The translations under genes were made by a program, and so were the position numbers. Shown piece by piece: positions 41,197 through 51,001 of a stretch of 64,000 nucleotides of DNA. The notes beneath the pieces are model-generated. The model did not search any database, was not told where the DNA came from, and worked only from the letters and a program-made list of their open reading frames with translations. The DNA lies in the NCBI GenBank assembly GCA_021802705.1, contig JAJZRL010000004.1:13862-77861 (forward strand), written 5' to 3'. Origin of the DNA: a bacterium (GTDB lineage Bacteria > Patescibacteriota > Minisyncoccia > Phycocordibacterales > Phycocordibacteraceae). Each line of letters begins with the position of its first letter. The first letter of the stretch is position 1.

Positions 41197-41614
41197 GGGG
41201 TTCGGGGTTAGCAGTCGGCGTCTCGGTGTCGGCAGCTTCGAGCGGCAAGGAGGCCAAGCGCAGCGCCTCTTTCACCACCGCTTCCTGTTCAGGAGACAGC
41301 TCGTCTTGCGGCGGTGCGGCTGCGACGACCTCGAGACGGTCGCGGAACTTCGGGTTGCGCTTCCTAAGCCAAAACGAGATGGCGTGCCAGTTCTTTTCTT
41401 TCATGAGCGTGAGGAGTTGCGATTCGCCCATATCGTTCACGATCGCTTCGCCCTCGGCGAGCGCCTCGTCCATCGCTTTCGCGAACTCCGGATCCTCCTT
41501 GCGCCAGCGGTACACGCTGTTACGGGCGATCCCGACCTTCTCGCATGCGACCTGTACGATCGGGATTTTGCGCAGCTGCTCGAGGAAGATGTCTTGGGTG
41601 CGGTCCTTTTTCAT
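41165..41614 (-). CDS. HTH DNA-binding protein, putative terminase small subunit
   Basis: VACEKVGIARNSVYRWRKED helix-turn-helix; upstream of terL; paralog 55043..55495. Confidence 0.5.
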   Translation of the reverse strand: MKKDRTQDIFLEQLRKIPIVQVACEKVGIARNSVYRWRKEDPEFAKAMDEALAEGEAIVNDMGESQLLTLMKEKNWHAISFWLRKRNPKFRDRLEVVAAAPPQDELSPEQEAVVKEALRLASLPLEAADTETPTANPEPHGPSTDRPAA

Positions 41615-42384
41615 ACCTTCTTCGCCTTAAGTCCGAACTCGCGCTCGAAGCGGTTGATAATCGTTTGGCAGTATCCCTCGTCGCGTTCGACGAGGATGGA
41701 CTTACGCTTGCATTGCTCGGCCGCGATGCCGGTCGAGCCCGATCCCGCAAAACAGTCGTACACGATGTCGCCGATGTTCGAACTGTTGAGGACGAGGCGG
41801 CGCAAGAGGCCGACGGGCTTTTGCGTCGGGTGAAGCGGGCTTCGGCTCGGTTTCGGATAGAAGAGGACGGACTTGTCCTTCGCCTTCTTGAAGTCGTGCG
41901 TTCCGTGCCACCCGTACGCGACGAGTTCGTGCTGGGGAAGATAGTCTTTGCGTCCGACGACGACGTGGTTTTTCACCCAGATAAGAAGCTGCGCGAAGCG
42001 GATGCCGGAGCGTTCCATGCCGTCCCGAAGCGCGAAGAGCATCTTGTCCGAATTGAAGACGTACGCCGCGTTCTTTGCCGCGAAATGCGGCACGACGGGC
42101 GCAAGCCAGTCTTTCGTGAACTGCGCGTATTCGGATTCTGAGACGATGCCGTCGTTGAGAATCTTCTTTTTCACGCGGATCTTTGCGAATGACTCTTTGC
42201 TCTCGACGAATGCGACGCCGTAGGGCGGGTCAACGAGCAGGAGCGCGATCTTTGTTTTGCCGAGGACGCGGTCGACGAACGCCGCGTCACGCGCGTCGCC
42301 GCATCCGAGAACATGGTCCCCGATGCGGAATACGTCGCCCGCTTTAACCGAGCTTGCGTGCTTTTTCATGGGAGAGGGCTTCAT
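41611..42384 (-). CDS. DNA methyltransferase (beta-class, DPPY)
   Basis: LLVDPPYGV motif IV then DCFAGSGSTG motif I. Confidence 0.8.
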   Translation of the reverse strand: MKPSPMKKHASSVKAGDVFRIGDHVLGCGDARDAAFVDRVLGKTKIALLLVDPPYGVAFVESKESFAKIRVKKKILNDGIVSESEYAQFTKDWLAPVVPHFAAKNAAYVFNSDKMLFALRDGMERSGIRFAQLLIWVKNHVVVGRKDYLPQHELVAYGWHGTHDFKKAKDKSVLFYPKPSRSPLHPTQKPVGLLRRLVLNSSNIGDIVYDCFAGSGSTGIAAEQCKRKSILVERDEGYCQTIINRFEREFGLKAKKV

Positions 42385-43618
42385 AGCGCTTGATAATGAG
42401 GTCGCAGAAGGCGGGTTCGAGTTCGACCAGAAACGCCCGCCGCTTCAGCTGCTGCGCGGCTACGAGCGTGCTGCCTGAGCCGCCGAAGGAATCGAGAATG
42501 AGGTCGCCCGGCCGGGTGCAGCGACGAATCGCTTTCTCGTGCAGAGTCGGCGGTTTGGCGGTCGCGTGCTGGTAGTCCTGCCCGGCCATGCGCTTCACGA
42601 GCCAGATGTTGAGAAGGTCGAGGATGTCGTCGATAGCGCGGTTACCGGTCGTAATCTCCTTGTTGAAGATCTCGTTCAGTGAATCGACGCCCTTGGCGAG
42701 GTACGGTTTGCCGCGCGTGCCGTATATGCAGGGCTCATAGCACTTGTTGAACGCGACGCTGGGTGTCGGGTTCTGCCCGTTCTTGATCCACATGCACACA
42801 CGCCGATTGGCGATACCGATTTCCTCGAAAAGCGATTGCACGAGTCCGATCTGCGATTCGTCGTTCCAGTAGAAGACATGCGCGTCGTCTTTCGCGACGG
42901 CGAGCGCCGCTTCCAAGCTCTTTTTGAGGAAGGCGCGGTACTCGGCGGGGGAGCGCTTATCGTTTACTGCGCCCCCGTACGCCTGCTTGCCGCCGATGCC
43001 GCGGTCATAGTCGATGCCGATGTTGTAGACCGGATCGCTGTATATCATCGAAGCGCGGTCCTTGCCGACGAGCCGCTTCAACACCGACGGCTCGGTCGAG
43101 TCGCCGCAGATAAGGCGATGCGGGCCGAGCTGGTACAGGTCGCCGAGCTTCGTTTTCGGTTTCTTTATCTTGAAGAGTTCTTTGTCGACCTCGAATCCGT
43201 CGTCCTCGGTTTCGAGGTTCTCGTCCCAGATATGCGCGAGATCTTCCGCGTCGAAACCGGTATCGAGCAGGGCGTCGATGTCGAAGAGCTTGAGTTTCGA
43301 GAAGTCCCATTCCCCGGTATTGTGGTTGAGGCGGAGATTGAGTTCCTTTTCTTTCTCCAAGCTCGGGAGGTTGACGTACACGACGGGGACGGTCTTGAGG
43401 CCGAGCTCTTTCGCGGCGCGAAGCCGCATATGGCCGCCGATAACGACGCCGCGGCGCTTCGGCGCGGAGTTGACGATGACCGGATCGATCATCCGGAAAC
43501 GCGCGATGCTCTCTTTGAGGTGTGCGAACGCCTCGTCGGAAATCTTGCGCGGATTGTACGGAGCGGGGCGCAAATCGCCGACCGGTACGTACACGATGCT
43601 GATGTCTTGCTTGTTCAT
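42344..43618 (-). CDS. ParB-like nuclease domain fused to DNA methyltransferase
   Basis: N-terminal ParB box (IVYVPVGDLRPAPYNPRK...GGHMRLRAAKELG), C-terminal ILDSFGGSGSTL; paralog 55482..56882. Confidence 0.8.
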   Translation of the reverse strand: MNKQDISIVYVPVGDLRPAPYNPRKISDEAFAHLKESIARFRMIDPVIVNSAPKRRGVVIGGHMRLRAAKELGLKTVPVVYVNLPSLEKEKELNLRLNHNTGEWDFSKLKLFDIDALLDTGFDAEDLAHIWDENLETEDDGFEVDKELFKIKKPKTKLGDLYQLGPHRLICGDSTEPSVLKRLVGKDRASMIYSDPVYNIGIDYDRGIGGKQAYGGAVNDKRSPAEYRAFLKKSLEAALAVAKDDAHVFYWNDESQIGLVQSLFEEIGIANRRVCMWIKNGQNPTPSVAFNKCYEPCIYGTRGKPYLAKGVDSLNEIFNKEITTGNRAIDDILDLLNIWLVKRMAGQDYQHATAKPPTLHEKAIRRCTRPGDLILDSFGGSGSTLVAAQQLKRRAFLVELEPAFCDLIIKRYEALSHEKARKLG

Positions 43619-43769
43619 ATTCGCGTTATTAATGGGGTAATAACGAGAAAGCCCACTTCGCGAAGAAGACTCGGAGAACCAGCAATGCTGATTCGTCAGG
43701 CTTTCTCTACGAAGTGGGCGTGGCGACGAGCGCGAGGCACCACCTGTAATATTCAGTTGTACCTACATT

Positions 43770-44123
43770 CTACTCCTTATCGCCCTGGTGCCAAGTGCGC
43801 CCCCGGTGGATGAGCTGGCGCCGTTGCGCCCGATTCATTCCGTCGAGGAACTCGTAGACATCCTTGCCCGCGTAGACGGGCAACCCGCCCTCCGGCATCA
43901 TCAGCTCGACTTCGCCGCGATCGACGCGTTCTTGCAGATCGGGCGGCAAGGAAAAATGCATGCCAAACGTCCCGTCTTTCGAAACGGGAGAACGCTTGGC
44001 GTAATCCTTGGGCAGTGGCGAATACATGCGTCCTTTTTGCGCCACCTTCGAGAAGCTCCCGGTTTGCCGGTGCCCGCGAACGTGCAGCATTATGTCAGTC
44101 AGGTACACGCGCTCTTTTTCCAT
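43770..44123 (-). CDS. hypothetical protein
   Basis: ORF only. Confidence 0.35.
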   Translation of the reverse strand: MEKERVYLTDIMLHVRGHRQTGSFSKVAQKGRMYSPLPKDYAKRSPVSKDGTFGMHFSLPPDLQERVDRGEVELMMPEGGLPVYAGKDVYEFLDGMNRAQRRQLIHRGRTWHQGDKE

Positions 44124-44134
44124 AGGATTGGCGA

Positions 44135-44329
44135 TTATTTCTTGCGGAGCTCCTTGATGACCTGGTCGAGCGAGTCGACGCCGAACTTATCCTTGAGCGT
44201 GCCGAGGTGCATGTTGCCGTTGATGCCCTCGAACTCCGGATAGTCCTTCTTGAGCGTTTCGACCTTCGTGTCGGAACGCTTCTCGCGCCATTCGCCGTCC
44301 TTGTCGCGAGAGCGGTTGGGTACTGCCAT
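44135..44329 (-). CDS. small conserved hypothetical protein (64 aa)
   Basis: paralog at 57169..57372 (shared KDYPEF..NGN..LGTLK-KF). Confidence 0.5.
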   Translation of the reverse strand: MAVPNRSRDKDGEWREKRSDTKVETLKKDYPEFEGINGNMHLGTLKDKFGVDSLDQVIKELRKK

Positions 44330-44401
44330 GGCGATTCGGTTAGGGCCGCGGGTAATCGGCCATCCCTATTGTAGGGGAGAGCTTGCAAGGGTGCAAGTGA
44401 T

Positions 44402-45178
44402 ATGCTAAGACATAAGGGTATGCCCACCAACCACCAGGATTCCTACGAAGCCACCGTCGAGCTCCTGCGCGAGTTCCCCCAATGGCGCGGGGTCATCGCG
44501 GCGGCGCTTGAAGAGGCTCAGACCATCACCACCGAGCGTTTCGCCGGGAAGTGGGTTCTCAACCGTGCCAAGAAGCACGGTGTTACTTGGGTGCCAAACC
44601 TCCGGAAACTCGTCTCTCACGGGATTCTCCAAAAGGAGGGCGAATCGACGCGGGGCGGCAGCCGCGCCTACTACTCCATGCCCGATCCGGCAGGAGTGGC
44701 ACGCGCGCTCCGTGACGTGAAGATTTCCTCGGTGAGCGAGCCGTATGCGGGTCACTTCGTAACGAAGGAGGGCGTCGCGCAGCGTGGCACCGTCTCCGTT
44801 CCATTTTATGCGACGCTCGCGTCGTGCGGAAGTCCGAATATGGCCGAAGCACACACCGACGAACACATGGATGTCGATGCACGTCTCATTAAGCCGAACC
44901 AGGAATATTTCCTTGTCCGCGCCGAAGGCGACTCAATGGATTTGGCGGGTATACGAAGCGGCGACCTACTCCTCGTGCGCTGTCAGGACTACGCCGACGT
45001 GGGACAAAAAGTCCTTGCGTGCATCGACGGTGGCGTGACCGTGAAGGAGTATCAACATACGGGCGAGTACGCGGTGCTCATACCGCGTTCCTCGAATCCG
45101 GCGAACAGGCCGGTCATCATGGCGGAAGACGCGCACATTCAAGGGGTCGTCGCGGCGGTAATTCCGGGCTTCACATAG
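44402..45178 (+). CDS. LexA/CI-like repressor with S24 peptidase domain
   Basis: C-terminal S24 autoproteolysis domain (GDSMDLAGIRSGDLLLV ... K in GQKVLACIDGGVTVKEY). Confidence 0.75.
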   Translation: MLRHKGMPTNHQDSYEATVELLREFPQWRGVIAAALEEAQTITTERFAGKWVLNRAKKHGVTWVPNLRKLVSHGILQKEGESTRGGSRAYYSMPDPAGVARALRDVKISSVSEPYAGHFVTKEGVAQRGTVSVPFYATLASCGSPNMAEAHTDEHMDVDARLIKPNQEYFLVRAEGDSMDLAGIRSGDLLLVRCQDYADVGQKVLACIDGGVTVKEYQHTGEYAVLIPRSSNPANRPVIMAEDAHIQGVVAAVIPGFT

Positions 45179-45185
45179 CATCACG

Positions 45186-45608
45186 ATGGACGCAAAACTC
45201 AAACATCTGGAATTCATTCAGGAGACCATCAAAAGGATGGCGGGGAATTCCTTTTTGCTGAGGGGGTGGAGCATCACGCTCGTGGTAGCCATCTTCACTA
45301 TCGCGAGTCAGACATACAAGCCCGTCTACCTATGGATCGCGCTTTTCGTAACCGGCGTGTTCTGGCTGCTCGATTCTTACTATCTCTTCCAGGAGAGACG
45401 GTTTCGTTGCCTCTACGACGAAGTGCGGGTTAAGGATCCATCCGCCATCGATTTCTCGATGGCTCTCCCAAAGAATCATTGCGATAAGTGCACGTGGCGG
45501 TCGTCCGCAAAATCTCCGATCTTCCTCGTGTTCTATGGCGTCGCGGCGGTGGTTCTGGTAGCGATATTACTAACGGTTTATCTCAACATATCCGTAACAC
45601 TTAAATAA
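45186..45608 (+). CDS. small 3-TM membrane protein (SLATT-like), putative effector
   Basis: N-terminal amphipathic helix then TM helices WSITLVVAIFTIA / VYLWIALFVTGVFWLL / IFLVFYGVAAVVLVAILL; immediately upstream of TIR gene. Confidence 0.5.
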   Translation: MDAKLKHLEFIQETIKRMAGNSFLLRGWSITLVVAIFTIASQTYKPVYLWIALFVTGVFWLLDSYYLFQERRFRCLYDEVRVKDPSAIDFSMALPKNHCDKCTWRSSAKSPIFLVFYGVAAVVLVAILLTVYLNISVTLK

Positions 45609-45610
45609 TT

Positions 45611-46216
45611 ATGACTAGGAAAATATTCTTCAGCTTCCATTACGAGCGCGACGCCTGGCGGGCTGGCCAGATTCGCAACAGCGATCTGCTCAGCCCCGAG
45701 GACAATGTCGGTTTCATCGATGCCGCCGCGTGGGAGGAGATTAAACGCAAAGGCGATGCCGCAGTAGAAAAATGGATAAACGAACAACTCGAAGGGACGT
45801 CGGTCACGGTTGTTCTCATCGGCGCAGAGACCTCACAGCGTCCCTGGGTCGATTATGAAATTCGTACGAGCTGGGAGCGCGGTAACGCGATAATCGGCCT
45901 CTACATACATAACGTTAAGGACAACGAACGCAAAACGGATATGCAGGGAGCGAATCCGCTCGACAACATCCTGCTTACCGACGGCCAACCGCTTTCTTCG
46001 GTCTGCAAGACATACGATTGGGTCAACGACGACGGTCGCAGTAATCTTGGCACCTGGGCAAACGAGGCGGCGAATGCGCGAGTGTCGTATAAAGGAGTGA
46101 CGACCCTTAAGGCTGGCACTCTGGATCGCCATGCGGCGACACCCTCGCTCCGCAAGTCCTATGCGACCACCGGCCCCACCGTTATCAACAATCCCTCCGG
46201 TCCTTGGGCGCAGTAG
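45611..46216 (+). CDS. TIR-like (DUF1863) protein, ThsB-like
   Basis: N-terminal KIFFSFHYERD, then VTVVLIGAETSQRPWVDYEI..ERGNAIIGLYIHNVKD and YDWVNDDG, matching the ThsB/DUF1863 pattern as I recall it. Confidence 0.7.
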   Translation: MTRKIFFSFHYERDAWRAGQIRNSDLLSPEDNVGFIDAAAWEEIKRKGDAAVEKWINEQLEGTSVTVVLIGAETSQRPWVDYEIRTSWERGNAIIGLYIHNVKDNERKTDMQGANPLDNILLTDGQPLSSVCKTYDWVNDDGRSNLGTWANEAANARVSYKGVTTLKAGTLDRHAATPSLRKSYATTGPTVINNPSGPWAQ

Positions 46217-46926
46217 GTATGGCTGCTGTGTTTTCCGATGAGGAAATCGCAGCGGTGAAGACTCGATATCCAGGCCTCGTCAGGGCAGGTCCGGACGTCG
46301 TTCAGGGGACGTTACGGATGGAGGCCGTCTACAACGGCGAGACCTTGAGCGGCGACTTTCAAATTCGTATCACTGCCACGAACCCGAATTCCGACGTTTT
46401 GCCTGCCCTCTACGAAACGGGTGGACGTACAGCGGCAATAGCCGCTGCGCACGGGATTACTGACTTACGAACGCTCCACCGCAACCGAGACGGAACTGCG
46501 TGCGTATGCGTAAAGCAGATTGAGCGGCGGAAATACCCGCCAGGATCCGATTTGTTGGTGTTCGTGGAAAATCTCGCGGTACCGTATTTGTATTGGCTGA
46601 CTTACTACGAACGATACGGGGAAGGTCCTTGGAAAGATTATGCTCACGGCGGTCTTGGCCTGCTGGAATTTTATTCTGAAGATACGGAGCCGCAAACCAC
46701 TGAAGGCATCAGAGAAATCCTCCCGACGCTTCGTAGAGAATTGAATTGGCAGGAGTATCATAAGCAGCTTAGAAAACCGAGTGGTGATAGGGCATGCTTG
46801 TGCGGCTCGGGCAAACCTTTTCGCACGTGCCACAAGAAGGCGTGGCAGGGAGTGGAGCGCCTTCATCGCGAGTTTCTCCGGCTCGGCATCAACCCTCGTT
46901 CGTTATTCGAGGGTATAAAAAAGTGA
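46204..46926 (+). CDS. hypothetical protein with C-terminal SEC-C metal-binding motif
   Basis: CLCGSGKPFRTCH; start overlaps TIR gene stop. Confidence 0.5.
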   Translation: MGAVGMAAVFSDEEIAAVKTRYPGLVRAGPDVVQGTLRMEAVYNGETLSGDFQIRITATNPNSDVLPALYETGGRTAAIAAAHGITDLRTLHRNRDGTACVCVKQIERRKYPPGSDLLVFVENLAVPYLYWLTYYERYGEGPWKDYAHGGLGLLEFYSEDTEPQTTEGIREILPTLRRELNWQEYHKQLRKPSGDRACLCGSGKPFRTCHKKAWQGVERLHREFLRLGINPRSLFEGIKK

Positions 46927-47073
46927 CATGCGCGTGTCCCGTTCTTATGTCACTTTTGTAACTCTGGTACGAGACCGACACGCCCTCGAAAATCGTCGGA
47001 ATCGCCGAAATGCCCTCGAATTCGCTCAAACCCTGCCGAGACCGACTGGCCTCGGACGGGAGTAGAGAAGCGC

Positions 47074-47230
47074 GCCGGAAACGCCCTTGGATACCTTACA
47101 TAGCGGGGTGCAAGACCGCTGCGGGCAACAAGGTAGTGCGGCCTGCAATGCAGACCGCCTGGCATCAAAAGTGCCGAAATTCAGTTCAAGACCGACACGG
47201 TCAAAACTCGCAAAAGGCGCTCGAAAGAGC
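47074..47230 (+). ncRNA. conserved junction element, copy C2, ending in terminator GCAAAAGGCGCTC-GAAA-GAGCGCCTTTTGC
   Basis: ~80% identical to 24111-24221 over ~95 nt; compensatory hairpin CTGCAATGCAG vs CTGCCATACAG. Confidence 0.45.
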
Positions 47231-47265
47231 GCCTTTTGCGTAGTCGGTAAAATTAAGCTAATTCG

Positions 47266-48720
47266 GTGTTTTTTGCTAGAATGGTCAGAATGGCAACGCT
47301 GAACTGGATTGGCAAAGAAGCCGTGGTAAACCACGACAAGGAGGTGCCTTTCAAGCTGCTCAAAAAGGTCCCATCCGCATCGGTCGGCAAGGAGTCGAAA
47401 AACCTCATCGTTCACGGGGATAACCTCGAAGCGCTCAAGGCGTTGATGCCTTTCTACAAGGGTAAAGTGAAATGTATTTACATTGATCCTCCCTATAATA
47501 CGGGAAACGAAAAATGGACTTATAACGATAAAGTGAATTCGCCAAAGATACGTGAATGGCTCGGGAAGGTTGTCGGAGGTGATGCAGAAGATCTGACGCG
47601 TCACGACAAGTGGCTCTGTATGATGTATCCGCGTCTCAAGTTGTTGAGAGAACTGTTAAGTGAGGACGGGGCTATTTACATGCAGTTGGACTACAACGAA
47701 GTTCATTACGGAAAGTTATTGATGGACGAAATTTTTGGTAGAGATAATTTCCAACGAGAAATCATTTGGAGAATTGGCTGGATTTCTGGTTTCAAATCGG
47801 CTGATGCAAATTGGGTTAGAAATCACGACACAATTCTTTTTTATTCTAAAAATGCCAAGAAACTTGAGTTCATAAAGCAGTACAACAAACCAGAAGAATA
47901 TCTCGAAAGGTTTAATGGTGAGACAACAAAAGCACTGGCTCAGTATTTTCAGGACCTTGGCCTAGACAAGAAAGCAACTGAGAAGGCCATAAAATATGCT
48001 GCAACAGTCGGATTGCCCGATAGATATCCCCTAGAGGATACTTGGAATGCAAGTGTTTACGACAAGCTGAACAGCATCGCCATCGTTTCCTTCTCAGGAG
48101 AGAAGGTCTCCAAGCTTTTAAACGTTGAAGAATTCAAGGGACAGAAGAGTATTGAATTGGTAAAGAGAATTATCAGGGCGCATACTAAAGAGGACGATAT
48201 TGTGCTCGATTCCTTTGCGGGAACTGGCAGTACGGGTCACGCCGTTTTGGATTTAAATAAAGAAGATGGGCAGCATAGAAAGTTTATTCTTGTGGAAATG
48301 GATGATCATGTAGCGGAAAAGATTACCTCCAAGAGGCTGAAAAAGAATATAGAGAAAAGTGGATATAAAGATAGCTTTGAATATTGTGACCTCGCCGAAC
48401 CACTCTTTGATGAGAAGGGGCAAATAAATGTGGAGTGTTCGTATGACGAGCTTGCGACCTATATCTACTTCACCGAGACCCAGACCAATCTCGAGAAAAA
48501 GACGATCAAGAAGCCGTTTATCGGCGAGAGTCACGGCACCTCGTACTACCTCATTTACGCCGGGAAGGATAAAAATGATCTCACGCGAGCGACCATCGAA
48601 AAGTTGAAATTAACTGGCCCAGCAGTAATCTACGCAGACCGATGTCTCGTGGACGAAGACGAGCTAGAAGAGAAGGGTATTGTCTTCAAGCAGATTCCAT
48701 ACGAGATCAAGGTTTACTAA
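47266..48720 (+). CDS. mod: type III R-M methyltransferase (Mod, N6-adenine)
   Basis: DPPYNTGNEKWTYNDK motif IV, C-terminal FAGTGSTGHA. Confidence 0.85.
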   Translation: MFFARMVRMATLNWIGKEAVVNHDKEVPFKLLKKVPSASVGKESKNLIVHGDNLEALKALMPFYKGKVKCIYIDPPYNTGNEKWTYNDKVNSPKIREWLGKVVGGDAEDLTRHDKWLCMMYPRLKLLRELLSEDGAIYMQLDYNEVHYGKLLMDEIFGRDNFQREIIWRIGWISGFKSADANWVRNHDTILFYSKNAKKLEFIKQYNKPEEYLERFNGETTKALAQYFQDLGLDKKATEKAIKYAATVGLPDRYPLEDTWNASVYDKLNSIAIVSFSGEKVSKLLNVEEFKGQKSIELVKRIIRAHTKEDDIVLDSFAGTGSTGHAVLDLNKEDGQHRKFILVEMDDHVAEKITSKRLKKNIEKSGYKDSFEYCDLAEPLFDEKGQINVECSYDELATYIYFTETQTNLEKKTIKKPFIGESHGTSYYLIYAGKDKNDLTRATIEKLKLTGPAVIYADRCLVDEDELEEKGIVFKQIPYEIKVY

Positions 48721-48724
48721 TCCT

Positions 48725-51001
48725 ATGCAATTCAAGCGCTATCAAACTGCTGCCCTAGAGACGCTCGACACCTTCTTGGGGAGCATCAAAAAGACGCCCT
48801 TGCGTCACGCTTTTCTCGACATAACGGACGAGAAGTACAACCAGGACTGGTTCGGTGAAGTCCCGTTCGTCTGTGTCCGCATACCAACCGGCGGAGGTAA
48901 GACTCTCGTGGCGTGTAAGTCAGTGGAACGGATCATGAGTACGATCCTCCAGTACAAGCTGGATACAGGAGTCGTCATGTGGTTCGTGCCGTCGGACTCG
49001 ATCAAGACGCAGACGCTCAAGAAGTTTAAGGACTCGCGGGACTGGCACAACGAAGTGCTGAACGAGTCTTTTGATGGGAAGGTAAAGGTTTTCTCGAATG
49101 AGGAAGCACTTACTATCACTCCTGAAGATGTGCGCAATAATCTCTGCATCATTGTGGCGAGTCTCGAGGCCTTCCGTAAGGAGGCATCCATCCAGAAGAA
49201 ATACAAAGTCTACAAGGAAAACGGCGCTCTGATGGATCACTTCTTGAATCTCAAAGACACCAAAGATCTTGAGAAGGACTCGGAAGGTGAAGTGATTAAT
49301 TCGCTCGCAAACGTCATCCGCAAGAACAACCCACTCATCGTTATCGATGAAGGCCACCACACACAGACCGAGCTTTCTGTGCAGTTCCTCTCCGACCTCA
49401 AACCGTCTTTCATTATCGAGTTCACGGCTACGCCGCGTGATGGCAGTAACGTGCTCGTGCGCATCAGTGCTTCCGAACTCAAGAATGAGCAGATGGTGAA
49501 GATTCCTATCGTGCTTGAGAGCCGTTCGCAGTGGGAGCAGGTAGTGGCAGACGGCTTGGTCAAACGAGAGGAGCTCGAGAAGCGGGCCAAGAAACTCGCC
49601 AAGGAATATATACGCCCGATTGCACTCCTTCAGGCACAGCCGAAGAGCAAGGTCCGTACCACGGTTACCGTCGAAGACCTCAAACAGATGCTTCTTGCTC
49701 GCAAGATTCCGGAGAGCCAGATCAAGATAAAGACCTCTGATGTCGATGAACTTGAGGGAATAGATCTCTTTGATAAGAAGTGCGAGGTCCGCTATATCTT
49801 GACCGTCAACGCTCTCGCAGAGGGGTGGGACTGCTCATTTGCATATGTGCTTATCTCAGTTGCAAACCTTGGAGCAAAAGTAGCCGTTGAACAGATCATC
49901 GGCCGCGTTATTCGCATGCCGAATGCAAAGAGGAAAACTGACGATGCTCTCAACCGCAGCTATGTGTTTGCCTCGGCAGCCAACTTCAATGAAGCCGCTT
50001 CTAGAATTATCGGCGGCCTCGAGGACAACGGCTACAGCCGGTCCGACTTCGTGGGAGTTGCTGAAGAGAAGGAGTATTCTGATCCTCTTGAAGCGAAGAA
50101 GGCAATCAAGAAAGATTTGAAAGTCCCGATGATGGCTATCGGGAAGCAGAAGCTCTCATTTGAGGATTTGCTCGGAGAGGATTTTGAGCTTGCGAAGCAG
50201 AACCCCGACTGCGACTTCAAGATCCATTATGACCTCGATGGGCAGGCGACTATCGACATCTCAGAAGACGAAGAGTGGCTTCAGGGGAAACAGCTAGCGC
50301 TCTCGTTCCAGTACCTCGATGGGAATCATTCTGTAGATGAGTTGGTGACGTGGCTTGATAAGAAGCTCCGTTTCCCGATGCTGAGTCCGGAGGATAAAAT
50401 CGCCTTTCTCGAGAGGGCCGTGCAGTCGCAGATAAAGAAGAATAAGCGGACGCTTCCGGAGTTGTCCGTTAACCGGTATCTTCTTGCAGAACGCCTGAAC
50501 CTTCTTATCACTGAACGACTCGAAACCTATACGAAGAAAGCATATAAGGATCTTCTTGCAAAGAAGAAGTTGGTCGTCGCGCCTTTTGATTCATACCCCG
50601 CGACTATTGCCCTCAAATCTCCGGTACCGAAGGTCTTCAATAAGAACCTCTATGAGCGTATCGACTCAATTAACGGTGAAGAGCGCGGGTTTGTGGAACG
50701 CATCGATCTTGGTGCTTTGGACAATATTGAGTTCTGGGTTCGCAACCGAGAAAAGGTAGACCCGTTTTATATCCAGGGATGGAAGAAAGGAAAGTTCTAT
50801 CCAGACTTTGTCGCCGTGACGAAGAAGGGAAATATCGTTGCGCTTGAATGGAAAGGGGAGGACCGGATCAGCAACGAGGATACTTCTTACAAAGTCGAGA
50901 TTGCAAAAGAATGGGAGAAACTGGGCAAAGGTAAGACGCATTTCTTCCTTGTGCATAACGGGAAAGTCGACGAAGTCCTTGCCGGAATCAAGGCACTCTA
51001 G
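48725..51001 (+). CDS. res: type III restriction enzyme Res subunit (helicase-nuclease)
   Basis: SF2 helicase motif I IPTGGGKT, DEGHH motif II, immediately downstream of mod. Confidence 0.85.
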   Translation: MQFKRYQTAALETLDTFLGSIKKTPLRHAFLDITDEKYNQDWFGEVPFVCVRIPTGGGKTLVACKSVERIMSTILQYKLDTGVVMWFVPSDSIKTQTLKKFKDSRDWHNEVLNESFDGKVKVFSNEEALTITPEDVRNNLCIIVASLEAFRKEASIQKKYKVYKENGALMDHFLNLKDTKDLEKDSEGEVINSLANVIRKNNPLIVIDEGHHTQTELSVQFLSDLKPSFIIEFTATPRDGSNVLVRISASELKNEQMVKIPIVLESRSQWEQVVADGLVKREELEKRAKKLAKEYIRPIALLQAQPKSKVRTTVTVEDLKQMLLARKIPESQIKIKTSDVDELEGIDLFDKKCEVRYILTVNALAEGWDCSFAYVLISVANLGAKVAVEQIIGRVIRMPNAKRKTDDALNRSYVFASAANFNEAASRIIGGLEDNGYSRSDFVGVAEEKEYSDPLEAKKAIKKDLKVPMMAIGKQKLSFEDLLGEDFELAKQNPDCDFKIHYDLDGQATIDISEDEEWLQGKQLALSFQYLDGNHSVDELVTWLDKKLRFPMLSPEDKIAFLERAVQSQIKKNKRTLPELSVNRYLLAERLNLLITERLETYTKKAYKDLLAKKKLVVAPFDSYPATIALKSPVPKVFNKNLYERIDSINGEERGFVERIDLGALDNIEFWVRNREKVDPFYIQGWKKGKFYPDFVAVTKKGNIVALEWKGEDRISNEDTSYKVEIAKEWEKLGKGKTHFFLVHNGKVDEVLAGIKAL

